Of a stretch of DNA of 64,000 nt, positions 29,672 through 38,390 are shown one piece after another. Source of the stretch: Candidatus Atribacteria bacterium UBA6251. GTDB lineage: Bacteria; Atribacterota; Phoenicimicrobiia; Phoenicimicrobiales; Phoenicimicrobiaceae. Every line of letters begins with the position of its first letter. Positions within the stretch are counted from its first letter, which is position 1. The notes under the pieces are model-generated. The model did no database searches. It saw nothing but the letters and a program-made list of their open reading frames with translations, and was not told the origin of the DNA. The stretch is taken from NCBI GenBank assembly GCA_002441285.1, contig DJVR01000034.1, forward strand, positions 3,369 to 67,368. Direction: 5' to 3'. Both the position numbers and the translations under genes were made by a program.

Positions 29672-32296
29672 TTATTCTACTACTGTTATTGGTACAGTAT
29701 ATTCATATGCTCCAAAATTAGTATAAAAAGTAACTGATAATGATTTACCTTCCATATTTGTGCTAAAGGTCAATCTGATAGTAGATTCACCAGGTAACAA
29801 ATTTGCATTGATATTATCTTCGATATGGGGGCTAGTAGAATTTCCGGTATCAATGATAGGGTCATAATCGTCTGCATTATATGGACTTTTAATTTCGATT
29901 TTCCTTAGTTTCGAAGGATCATAGTCCCACTCAACCTTCATACTACTTAAATTAAGTGTAGGTCCATTAACTTTAATATTAAAAGTGACAATTTTATTGT
30001 TTAACCAATATTTTAACGAATTATCTACTAAGATTAAGTTTATTATATTTACTGGAATATTTACAGTTGAAGATGGCTGTGTAATTATATCACCTGAAGC
30101 TTCTGCTTCTACTATTACTGTACCTGGATTAATAGTCGATTGTAAAGTGACTTCTGCAATTCCATTTTCTACATATACCTGTTTGAAGGAAGTTCCATCA
30201 GAAAATTTTCCTGACGTCTCTCCTTCTGTAATTGAAAAATCGACTACACCTGAATAATCAGGAACTATAATACCAGGTTCATCCACTATTGTTGCAGTTA
30301 TTATACAAGTATCCCCACCTACAAAGATATATGCAGGATTAGCAACCAAATTAATATGATGTGGTGCTGATTTTTTGTGAAATAACACCTCTATTTCTAT
30401 TGGATTGTCAGGATTTCCTGGTGGTCCATCTGCATTAGGTGGTAAATCACTTGAATAAATCTTAATACGTGCAGTAACTGTAGATGTAACTTCATAAGGA
30501 TATAAAGTTGCAGTAGCCATACCCCCGGTTAATGTTATTTCCTGAGTAGATTCACCAGAGGAAAAAGACCCTATTCCATTCGTGATTTTAAATGTGATGA
30601 AATTACCGTAAACTATATCCCCATCTTCAGATTTCATAATAGCCGTAATATCAGAAGGTATTATTGTATCTTCATCTAATTCAATAATTGATGGGTCAAA
30701 AGTAACATCGATATGGTGAGCTACAAGCGGACTTAAAATATTTATTTTTGTAGATCCTGAAATTAATTCCCCCCCACTGTCCTTTGCGCTAATTGTTATT
30801 TCTTGAGGAAACTCTCCAATTGAGGATGCTTTAAAAATACAGGTTTGAGAGTTTTCACCTTTAAATGTTAAATTAATAGAACCTGTACTACCGTTTAAGG
30901 TACCATAATCATCGGGGAAGTCAGTAATTACAACAGTTTTTGGAATACCAGCCTCACCAAAACTAACCGGTTTATTATTTTCATCTACAATAGTTACAGT
31001 TATAGTAGTTTCCTCATTCGGATAAATAGACTTTTTCTTTGTAGAAACTAAGATAGATTTAGCATCTCCAGTAAAGGTTACTTCAGTATATCCCATATCT
31101 AAATCAGGAGCTGATGCAGTTATCCCTACTACTCCAGGAGTTCCAGTGGACATTAAGTTTACAGTTGTTGGATTAGTAGGGTCAGCAGATACAGAATTAA
31201 TAGTTGAAGTTGATAAAGAACCAATGTCAGGGTTAGAAACGTTCAATGTTATTGTTCCTGAATATGCTATAGGAGTTTTATAATCAGCTTTTACTACAGT
31301 TACATTGATAGTTGAATTTTCACCTACAGGAAGAATTCTATCTTCTTCGGTTGCAGGTTCAAGAATTATTCCTACAGCTCCAGTGGTTACTCTAATATTA
31401 ACTGTATCAGTTACATCCTCGGGTCCTCCTAAATTAGCTGAAGCTTGAATCTTTTCTATGCCATCTATAGATTCACCTGGTTCAAATGCAAAAGAGTAAA
31501 ATGTAATTTTAGCTTTTCCATTAGTTGTATGGACAATTATAGTGTCTGGGTCATCTTTAGTTCTTGATGCATTATTTATATATCCAACTGGGTTATAATC
31601 ATCATTTGGAGTAGGGATAATAAAGGAAAAACTAATATCTCCTTCCCAATCTGTTATAGTATTACCATTATTGTCTTTAATTTCTGCAAAAAGTGCAACC
31701 TCAGAATCAGGTATAATAGTATAATAAGGAGAGGCATAAAGAATAATACCAGCAGCATCAGAAACTTTACTTGTATTTGGCTTATTATATAATATCGTTG
31801 AGGCTTCTTCTGTTTTTATATTTCCTTTTCTATCCATCCAACGAACCTGCGTAATTACTTTTTTCAAAGTTACTACTTCGCCTTTTTTTTCTAAGTCTAA
31901 AACAATAGAGCCTCTATGAAATTTTGTGCCAGGGATAAGAGTAATGGGTTCATCTTTTACTTTATTAAAATCCATATTTTTAAAATCTTCTATCGTTTCC
32001 CGCAAATAGTTAGTAGCAACTGTCCGGTCTCGGGCGTCAGCCATTCCCATAAAGCCGGTGCTATAGGCGTAAAAGATTCCCACAATGGCCAGAGCTAAAA
32101 TAGCTACCGCTACCATTAATTCAACTAAGGAAAAACCTTTGAGATTGCTTCCCCTGCTTTCGCTGGTGCAGGCTTGCTTCGCTTCTCGCAATGACAGATA
32201 AGATGGATTCCCTCTTTCGCGGGAATGACAGAAGGGAAACAGCCCTCGCAATGACAGGGAAAATTTTATTTTTTTTGATAATATTTTATTTAACAT
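29672..32296 (-). CDS. PilV-like minor pilin fused to tandem Ig-like (Big_1/invasin-like) domains
   Basis: KG/FSLVELM pilin N-terminus, repeated xITxTxVDExG..V...G.A.vTL Ig-type modules, strong RBS GAGGTGA before 32296. Confidence 0.8.
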   Translation of the reverse strand: MLNKILSKKIKFSLSLRGLFPFCHSRERGNPSYLSLREAKQACTSESRGSNLKGFSLVELMVAVAILALAIVGIFYAYSTGFMGMADARDRTVATNYLRETIEDFKNMDFNKVKDEPITLIPGTKFHRGSIVLDLEKKGEVVTLKKVITQVRWMDRKGNIKTEEASTILYNKPNTSKVSDAAGIILYASPYYTIIPDSEVALFAEIKDNNGNTITDWEGDISFSFIIPTPNDDYNPVGYINNASRTKDDPDTIIVHTTNGKAKITFYSFAFEPGESIDGIEKIQASANLGGPEDVTDTVNIRVTTGAVGIILEPATEEDRILPVGENSTINVTVVKADYKTPIAYSGTITLNVSNPDIGSLSTSTINSVSADPTNPTTVNLMSTGTPGVVGITASAPDLDMGYTEVTFTGDAKSILVSTKKKSIYPNEETTITVTIVDENNKPVSFGEAGIPKTVVITDFPDDYGTLNGSTGSINLTFKGENSQTCIFKASSIGEFPQEITISAKDSGGELISGSTKINILSPLVAHHIDVTFDPSIIELDEDTIIPSDITAIMKSEDGDIVYGNFITFKITNGIGSFSSGESTQEITLTGGMATATLYPYEVTSTVTARIKIYSSDLPPNADGPPGNPDNPIEIEVLFHKKSAPHHINLVANPAYIFVGGDTCIITATIVDEPGIIVPDYSGVVDFSITEGETSGKFSDGTSFKQVYVENGIAEVTLQSTINPGTVIVEAEASGDIITQPSSTVNIPVNIINLILVDNSLKYWLNNKIVTFNIKVNGPTLNLSSMKVEWDYDPSKLRKIEIKSPYNADDYDPIIDTGNSTSPHIEDNINANLLPGESTIRLTFSTNMEGKSLSVTFYTNFGAYEYTVPITVVE
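32141..32257 (-). repeat. Composite palindromic repeat inserted in frame in the prepilin leader
   Basis: CTGTCATTGCGAG / TGTCATTCCCGCGAAAGAGGGAATCC / CTGTCATTGCGAG..AAGCAATCTC; same families as at 27258 and 22155. Confidence 0.85.
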
Positions 32297-32479
32297 ACTA
32301 TCACCTCAACAATTAGTCTGCCGGTCGACCAATCTGCCAGTCTAAATAGTCATTAGTAAATAGTGGATAATCGTTAGTAAAGAAAATACAAAAAATAAAT
32401 TCAAAAAAACGTAAACCATACACCTCGTAGAACAGGCATCATTAAGCCCACAATTTATGCCCGAAAGCTAACGACTAAT

Positions 32480-32965
32480 TTACCAATTCTCCGGAGGGTC
32501 TGGACTTATTCTTACTCGGGCAGTTACCGGTGTCATAATCACATAAAGAATCTTTCCTCTTTTATTTTTCAAAGTAACTGTTCCTCCCATACTAGGGACT
32601 CCATTCGGATAAAAATAGACTTTATTGTTTGTAAAATTAGTCTTAAATAATTCTACTCCTTCTAATTTTATTTCTTTATAAAGTTCACTTTCACTTCCTT
32701 TAAGTATTTTATATTTATTTGAGGAAGTTGGCCAATTAAAAGTTGTATAAAATTCTATTTTGTAATATACACCCTCATAAAATGCCCTCGACTGAGTATT
32801 TTTTAATTCTGAACTTAAAAGTGCTGCTGCTGTGTTTAATTTATTCCATTGTATCAAATAATCTAATCCGTTTATGCCAAGACCAAGCAGTAAGGATATT
32901 ATACCTCCTACGACCATTAATTCGATAAGGGTAAAACCTTGTTTAAGACCAGGGCTACGCTTCAT
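32480..32965 (-). CDS. FimT/GspH-like minor pilin
   Basis: QG/FTLIELM, FYPNG.P and TARVR motifs. Confidence 0.82.
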   Translation of the reverse strand: MKRSPGLKQGFTLIELMVVGGIISLLLGLGINGLDYLIQWNKLNTAAALLSSELKNTQSRAFYEGVYYKIEFYTTFNWPTSSNKYKILKGSESELYKEIKLEGVELFKTNFTNNKVYFYPNGVPSMGGTVTLKNKRGKILYVIMTPVTARVRISPDPPENW

Positions 32966-33093
32966 ATACTGGTTATTTATCTTTCTATATTTTAAAGGTT
33001 TTGGTTATGGTTATTGGTTAAAAGCTATAAGTTTGATACCACATACACCTATTTTTTATAGCTATATATTACATTTTTTTATTTTCTTAATCT

Positions 33094-33861
33094 TTATCCG
33101 CCTAAGTACCAGAATAGAATTTTATCACCAATTAAAATTGCAATTAACGAGCCTGCTACTATAAATGGTCCAAAGGGTATTGTCTCTCCCCTGTTTTTCA
33201 TTTTTAAGATAATTAAAACAATTCCGGTTAATGCACCTAACAAATAACCAAAAAATAAGGATAAGGAAGTATATCTCCAGCCCAGGAAAGCTCCAATCAT
33301 AGCTGCCAGTTTAATATCACCTCCACCCATTGCTTCTTTTTTAAAGAGCCATTCTCCTATCAAGGCGATGAATAAAATTGCACCTCCTCCTGTTACTATG
33401 CCCAGAGCTGAATCCCACACTGAGATATGCTTTACCAAAAAACTGATCATCAATCCTATTACTATCCCTGGAAGAGAAATCTCATTCGGGATAATCTCTT
33501 CCTTAAAATCGATAAAGGCAATAATAATTAGTGCTGAAGATAAAGCCATATAGACTAAAGTTTGCACCCTAAAACCATATTTTAAATAAAGAAGTAAATA
33601 GATTATGGCATTTAAAAATTCTACCACAGGATATTGGAGAGAGATCTTATTTTTACAATTACGGCATCTACCTTTCAGTAAGAAGTAACTTAATAAAGGT
33701 ATATTGTCTTTGGTGCTTATCCTGGTATTACAGTACGGACAATGAGAAGCAGGATAAACTATCGATTCTTTTCTGGGTAGACGATATATACATACATTAT
33801 TAAAACTTCCTACCACCAGACCGAGAACGATTAATAGAATAATATTTATAACATAGTACAT
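33094..33861 (-). CDS. pilD: Prepilin peptidase
   Basis: GSFNNVCIYRLP, CxxC/CxxC zinc site, GGGDIKL and IPFGPF motifs. Confidence 0.95.
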   Translation of the reverse strand: MYYVINIILLIVLGLVVGSFNNVCIYRLPRKESIVYPASHCPYCNTRISTKDNIPLLSYFLLKGRCRNCKNKISLQYPVVEFLNAIIYLLLYLKYGFRVQTLVYMALSSALIIIAFIDFKEEIIPNEISLPGIVIGLMISFLVKHISVWDSALGIVTGGGAILFIALIGEWLFKKEAMGGGDIKLAAMIGAFLGWRYTSLSLFFGYLLGALTGIVLIILKMKNRGETIPFGPFIVAGSLIAILIGDKILFWYLGG

Positions 33862-33876
33862 TTATACTCCTGTTAT

Positions 33877-34263
33877 TTATTTTACCACTATATTTAAATT
33901 TAAAAATTCACCATCAGGACCAATCGCATCAATGGTGAAGGTATCTATACTATTAAACTTTACTACTACATCACCGGGGGTACTGAAACCGTTAGCGGTT
34001 TGTACTCCTCGGGTAATGGGATTCTGAATATTTAAAGATTTTATTAGATCATCTATATTATTCCAGATAATTATAGGATGTTTACTGATTAATTCTGATT
34101 TAATTTCACTTACTACCGAATCTAAATTAGCTTTAATCAGTCTTATTTCATTCTGTTCTACATACCAATCATAGAGTTTGGGAACATAGATTATGGCAGC
34201 CCCAATAATCGCTATCCAGATAATTAATGTTAGAACCACTATGCCTTTTTGGTTATGTAGCAT
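33877..34263 (-). CDS. Divergent pilin, paralog of the major pilin
   Basis: NQKG/IVVLT site; shares KAN..I..EL, NP(I/V)T, G(D/E)V.V and FTI with the 140-aa pilin. Confidence 0.7.
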   Translation of the reverse strand: MLHNQKGIVVLTLIIWIAIIGAAIIYVPKLYDWYVEQNEIRLIKANLDSVVSEIKSELISKHPIIIWNNIDDLIKSLNIQNPITRGVQTANGFSTPGDVVVKFNSIDTFTIDAIGPDGEFLNLNIVVK

Positions 34264-34280
34264 CCCTCTTTACCTCTATC

Positions 34281-34466
34281 TTATTCTTCCAGAGTCTCCT
34301 CTTTTTTAATTCTTTCTTCTCTTTTCTTCATACGATTCAACTTCTCTTTAATAGCTTCAGTAACAAAATGATTAATTAATATGCCATGAGATTGACAATA
34401 ATCCTTTAATTCTATAATTATTTCATTCGGTATTCTAGTACCTAATAACTTTTTCGTCATAGTCAT
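34281..34466 (-). CDS. Small ribbon-helix-helix (CopG-like) DNA-binding protein
   Basis: Alternating strand KLLGTRI, helix, G turn, and second helix INHFVTEAIKEKL. Confidence 0.65.
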   Translation of the reverse strand: MTMTKKLLGTRIPNEIIIELKDYCQSHGILINHFVTEAIKEKLNRMKKREERIKKEETLEE

Positions 34467-34479
34467 TATATTTAACCTC

Positions 34480-34518
34480 TGTTGACTAATGTTAACATAA
34501 GATAACTCATTTTGTCAA
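34480..34518 (-). promoter_or_regulatory. Promoter with overlapping inverted-repeat operator
   Basis: TTGACA-18 nt-TAACAT with TGn; TGTTAAC-ATTA-GTCAACA overlaps the -10 and start region. Confidence 0.5.
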
Positions 34519-34723
34519 ACCTAAATAATTTACCAAATCTAAATAAGTAGCAAGGGATAAGTAATGAGTGATTAGTAATGATTAGTGATAAATTATATAG
34601 TTAAAAGCCAATCAATCAACTAACCATCTCACTTTCAACTAAGCTTTAATTACTAACAATTATCCATTTATCCACTAATGATTAAATACTATCCTCTATC
34701 AGTTCATCCTTAATGATTGAATA

Positions 34724-36742
34724 TTATTCTCCTTTTCTATTTTTATCAAGATTCTTAATCTCTTTTTCTATATCTTCAATTATCGGACTGCCTTCCGGTG
34801 CTAATACTAAAGCTTCCAAAAAATATTCCAGTGCCTTGTCCGGCATTTCTTTTTTCTTATACACTATCCCTAAATTATTTAATACAATATACTTATTGTT
34901 AAAATTGGGTTCAATTTCTAAAATCTTATTCCACTGTTCGATAGTATCATCATATTTTTCTTGAGTAAAATATAGATACCCTAAATCATAATATGCCTTA
35001 GTAAATTTCGGGATAAGATAAGCGGCATACCGAAATTCTTCTTCTGCTTTTGAAAATAATCCTGCCTGGCGATAAACTAAACCTAAATTATAAAAGGTTT
35101 TGGCATCAATCCGATATCTGGTAGTCTGCAATAAAACTTCTTCAGCCTTAGTGAGATTTCCCAAATTATAATAAGTTGTGCCAAGGGCATGTAATATCCT
35201 TCCATTATAAGGATATAATGATGCGGCCTGCTCAAAATAAGATAAGGCCTCACTATAATTACCGTCCACATTGTGCCTCATACCCTTAAAATATTTTATT
35301 TCAGCAATATATGGTCTTACTGCTATTAAATTAATAGCCCATATCATAAAGACTAATACAATAATGGTCAGAGTAATTTTTATCCTTTTATTTTTTAATT
35401 TTGATTCTTTTGTTCTATTATCAGAATAAGTTTTGGGTAAATTTATCTTTCTGGCATATATTACAGTTAGTCCTAATAAAGCAAAAAAGGTTACCCCTAA
35501 TGCCGGCACATGAAAAGGAAAAGTAAACAGACAATGTATTAAAAAACAGGTAATACCCGAAACTAGACCAAAGACAATTATTTTTTCTTTGTCACTATCA
35601 TTTTCTTTCCAATAATCTATTATTAAACTATAAAATATCAGAATAATTCCGATAAATATCCCCAAACCGACTATTCCTATTTCCGCCCACATCTGCAGAT
35701 ATTCATTATGGGCCTCCCCTGCCTTTCCGGAATATTGTATATAGTAGGGATTGTTTTTTAAAAACTCTGCCTGATAGTTTAAATAATTCATTTTAAAAGT
35801 GCCAATCCCCGAACCAAATATGGGATTATCCTTAATCATTTCAAGAGTGGTCTTCCAGATTAACAGACGGGTATTGATGGAGGGGTCTTGCTCGTCAAAG
35901 GTGGATAGTGCTCTCTGGGGAACAGTTATGGCGCTTTTGTTGAGAGGATTGTCAGTGGAATAGATAATAGTAATTACCAGAAAAATTAATAAAAGTAAGG
36001 ACAGCCTTTTTTTATTTTCTTGAAATATTTTTAAAAGATTAAATTTAAAAATAATATAAATTGCTAATATTACAGTAAGACTGATGCTAATCCATATTCC
36101 CCGGCTCTGGCAAATCATTAAAGTCGCATAAAGGATAGATAATAAGAAAAAATATTTTATTTTATTTTTTTTGGTTTGCTCTAATAGAAAATAGGAAAAT
36201 ACTACCGGAAAAATCATCGCCAGGTAATTGGAAATCCAATTTTTCTGGCCAATTGTAGAAGTCAAGTTGTGTAAATCACTTAAATAGGGGTCTATACCAT
36301 AATACTGCATAAGGGTGTATATTGAGACGAGTAAGGAGATTATAAAGAATAGATAAATAAATGGATTAAAATCTTTCTTTCTATTTAGATTATTGGTTAT
36401 TAAAAAAAATATCAAAATATAAGATAAGAATATTATAAATTCCTGAAAACTTACTGCCTTTGTTTTGCTGATAAAAAGAGAAAGGAATAATACTAATGAA
36501 AACAAAATCAAAGGTAAGTCCAATTTAGTCCTTTGCAGAGAATATTTTCCGGTATTTATTATTTTCATCAAAAAAATAGCAAATAAAATTACATTGAATA
36601 GTTTAAGAATGGCTTCCTGGTTTACTCGGAAATCATAGACATATTTACTAGCAAATAAGGGAATAGTTATTAGCAATAATTGTAATAATATGGTTAATAG
36701 TTTCTGATAAATATTATCTTTTTCTATCCAGTACTTTTTCAC
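34724..36742 (-). CDS. O-antigen ligase-like (PglL/TfpO-type) O-oligosaccharyltransferase with C-terminal TPRs
   Basis: Multi-TM protein with SRG, R..IW, PIFGSGIGTF and AHNEYLQ motifs plus a TPR tail; directly after pilA. GTG at 36742 preferred because the longer ORF start overlaps the pilA terminator. Confidence 0.82.
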   Translation of the reverse strand: MKKYWIEKDNIYQKLLTILLQLLLITIPLFASKYVYDFRVNQEAILKLFNVILFAIFLMKIINTGKYSLQRTKLDLPLILFSLVLFLSLFISKTKAVSFQEFIIFLSYILIFFLITNNLNRKKDFNPFIYLFFIISLLVSIYTLMQYYGIDPYLSDLHNLTSTIGQKNWISNYLAMIFPVVFSYFLLEQTKKNKIKYFFLLSILYATLMICQSRGIWISISLTVILAIYIIFKFNLLKIFQENKKRLSLLLLIFLVITIIYSTDNPLNKSAITVPQRALSTFDEQDPSINTRLLIWKTTLEMIKDNPIFGSGIGTFKMNYLNYQAEFLKNNPYYIQYSGKAGEAHNEYLQMWAEIGIVGLGIFIGIILIFYSLIIDYWKENDSDKEKIIVFGLVSGITCFLIHCLFTFPFHVPALGVTFFALLGLTVIYARKINLPKTYSDNRTKESKLKNKRIKITLTIIVLVFMIWAINLIAVRPYIAEIKYFKGMRHNVDGNYSEALSYFEQAASLYPYNGRILHALGTTYYNLGNLTKAEEVLLQTTRYRIDAKTFYNLGLVYRQAGLFSKAEEEFRYAAYLIPKFTKAYYDLGYLYFTQEKYDDTIEQWNKILEIEPNFNNKYIVLNNLGIVYKKKEMPDKALEYFLEALVLAPEGSPIIEDIEKEIKNLDKNRKGE

Positions 36743-36767
36743 TTTTACGCTTCTTTCGTATTTATTT

Positions 36768-36809
36768 AAAAATAAAAATAGCTCCAGATACAAATTTATA
36801 CCTGGAGCC
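36768..36809 (-). terminator. Intrinsic terminator after the major pilin gene
   Basis: GCTCCAGGTATAAAT/TTGTATCTGGAGC hairpin followed by TATTTTTATTTTT. Confidence 0.75.
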
Positions 36810-36839
36810 ATTTGCCTATTTCTACTATTTTGCAAAAAA

Positions 36840-37262
36840 CTATTTCCTCGCAGTTAAAGGATTATCATATACATTACCATTATCATTGGTATTTCTTCCA
36901 TTAATAGTAAAAACATTATTACTATAAGTAACCCATACTTCTCCAGCAACGGCAGCATCCTCACTTGCTGGGCAAGTAGTTTGTGCGTTTCCAGTTACAG
37001 GATTATATATACCAGCATTTGCAAATACTACAGATGATAGTTTATCAGGTGTATCAATATCGGTTACTGGTCTATCAGCTAATTCTGCTTGAATCAAAGT
37101 TTGAATTGTTCCTGCATTGGCTTTAACTATCGCATTTTTTGCTTTATCCTGCTGGCCAGTATAAAGTCTTAATCCTAAGAGTGCTAATACACCGATGATA
37201 GCTACTACGACCATCAATTCGATTAAGGTAAAACCTTTTTTATTCTTTCTAAAATTATACAT
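36840..37262 (-). CDS. pilA: Major type IV pilin (probable)
   Basis: KKG/FTLIELMVVVAIIGVLA; strong RBS, own riboswitch leader and own terminator, consistent with a highly expressed major subunit. Confidence 0.88.
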   Translation of the reverse strand: MYNFRKNKKGFTLIELMVVVAIIGVLALLGLRLYTGQQDKAKNAIVKANAGTIQTLIQAELADRPVTDIDTPDKLSSVVFANAGIYNPVTGNAQTTCPASEDAAVAGEVWVTYSNNVFTINGRNTNDNGNVYDNPLTARK

Positions 37263-37400
37263 TTTTTTATTTCCTCCATTTATTTTAGTTTGTTGCTTAG
37301 CTTATAGGTTAGGAATTAGAAGTAGGTTAAAAAATTATTCCAAAAACTCTTGAATTATTCACCAATTCCTAATAATTTAATAATAATTAAAAATATTTTT

Positions 37401-37514
37401 AAAAATCGGTAGTTAGACAGTCATAACCCTTTTTTTGAAGAGATTAAGTTATTAGGTTTTAGACCCTAACTTTGCGCCCCATTCTTTCAAATGGTTTACC
37501 TTTCTCAATTTTTT
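37401..37514 (-). promoter_or_regulatory. c-di-GMP-I riboswitch (proximal copy, G20)
   Basis: AAAGGTAAACCATTTGAAAGAATGGGGCGCAAAGTTAGGGTCTAAAACC...GGTTATGACTGTCTAACTACCGA. Confidence 0.88.
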
Positions 37515-37595
37515 TATGACCCTGGATTTGATCACCTCCTGTTTTTCTTTTCATCTGCTAGTACATTTTTGTGTCTTATTTAAATAAATAAAAGG

Positions 37596-37695
37596 AAAGT
37601 CGGTAGTTTGGCAGTCATAGCAATCATAGTAATAATTACTTTAGACCCATAACTTTGCGCCCCATCTTTTCAGATAGTTTGCCTTTTTCAACTTT
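37596..37695 (-). promoter_or_regulatory. c-di-GMP-I riboswitch (distal copy, G20)
   Basis: AAAGGCAAACTATCTGAAAAGATGGGGCGCAAAGTTATGGGTCTAAAG...CTATGACTGCCAAACTACCGA. Confidence 0.9.
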
Positions 37696-37801
37696 TAAAA
37701 GATTACTTATTCTATTTTCTATTTATATTATTCCATATTTTAAAAAATTTTAGACTAAAGAAGAATTTTTTTTACAATCTACAATATATGAAAAAAAGAA
37801 G

Positions 37802-37844
37802 AAAAAATCTATACTTAAAATTCTTTTTAATTTTAAGTATAGAT
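37802..37844 (-). terminator. Terminator after the DUF6982-like genes
   Basis: 16-bp perfect stem ATCTATACTTAAAATT/AATTTTAAGTATAGAT plus a T-run. Confidence 0.65.
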
Positions 37845-37879
37845 CTTTGAGCTGTAAATTAAGGATTTAGCCTTTTAAA

Positions 37880-38332
37880 TCAGGTATTTTCATAAACAAA
37901 GATTTGAAAATCATCACTGTTAAATCTTTGAAATTTTACACTATTTACCGCAGGTTTAACTACAAAGACTCTTTCATTATTATCATGAGGGTCAATTGGG
38001 TAAGCAAAAAAACCTTTTCTCTCTGGATTAAAACTATGGGTAGAACCATAAAAATTTTCGCCATCTTTAAAGATGATGACAATTTTACGTTGAGTAGGAA
38101 TAGGCTGAGGTTGTCCTTCGAAGGTTCTTACTTTTTGATAATCTTTATTCCCTTGATAATCTTTAACAAAAAATACTGCTTTTAATTCATTTACATCTAC
38201 TTCAACTAGTTTATCTCCGTATTCTTCCAAAGGATGAAGGTGAAAAATATCTTTGTTGGGATTAAAGTCAGTAGACCAACCTTTGATGATGGAGCCATCC
38301 TTGTATTTTACTACCATTTTGTTGGGTATCAT
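37880..38332 (-). CDS. DUF6982-like protein
   Basis: NKMVVKYKDG..KG..DFNP..LKAVFFVKD..F.DGE...G..GFF..P.DP.DNNERVFV pattern recalled for this family. Confidence 0.7.
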   Translation of the reverse strand: MIPNKMVVKYKDGSIIKGWSTDFNPNKDIFHLHPLEEYGDKLVEVDVNELKAVFFVKDYQGNKDYQKVRTFEGQPQPIPTQRKIVIIFKDGENFYGSTHSFNPERKGFFAYPIDPHDNNERVFVVKPAVNSVKFQRFNSDDFQIFVYENT

Positions 38333-38390
38333 CTTAATCTCCTTGTCTCCTCTCTAGAATAGAAAGGTTAAAATAAATCCTTTCCTGGTC

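Noticed and set aside
36743..36835. N-terminal extension of the O-OTase ORF, and similar extensions of the PKD, udk, pilB and hisS ORFs
   Set aside because: The extensions overlap terminators, repeats or the upstream gene, or lack an RBS, and better-placed starts exist downstream.
36840..37262. Electrically conductive (e-)pilin
   Set aside because: It is a full-length pilin with sparse aromatic residues and long aromatic-free gaps.
37530..37540. GATCACCTCCT as a 16S rRNA 3' fragment
   Set aside because: There is no other rRNA sequence around it; it reads better as a minus-strand SD-like motif.
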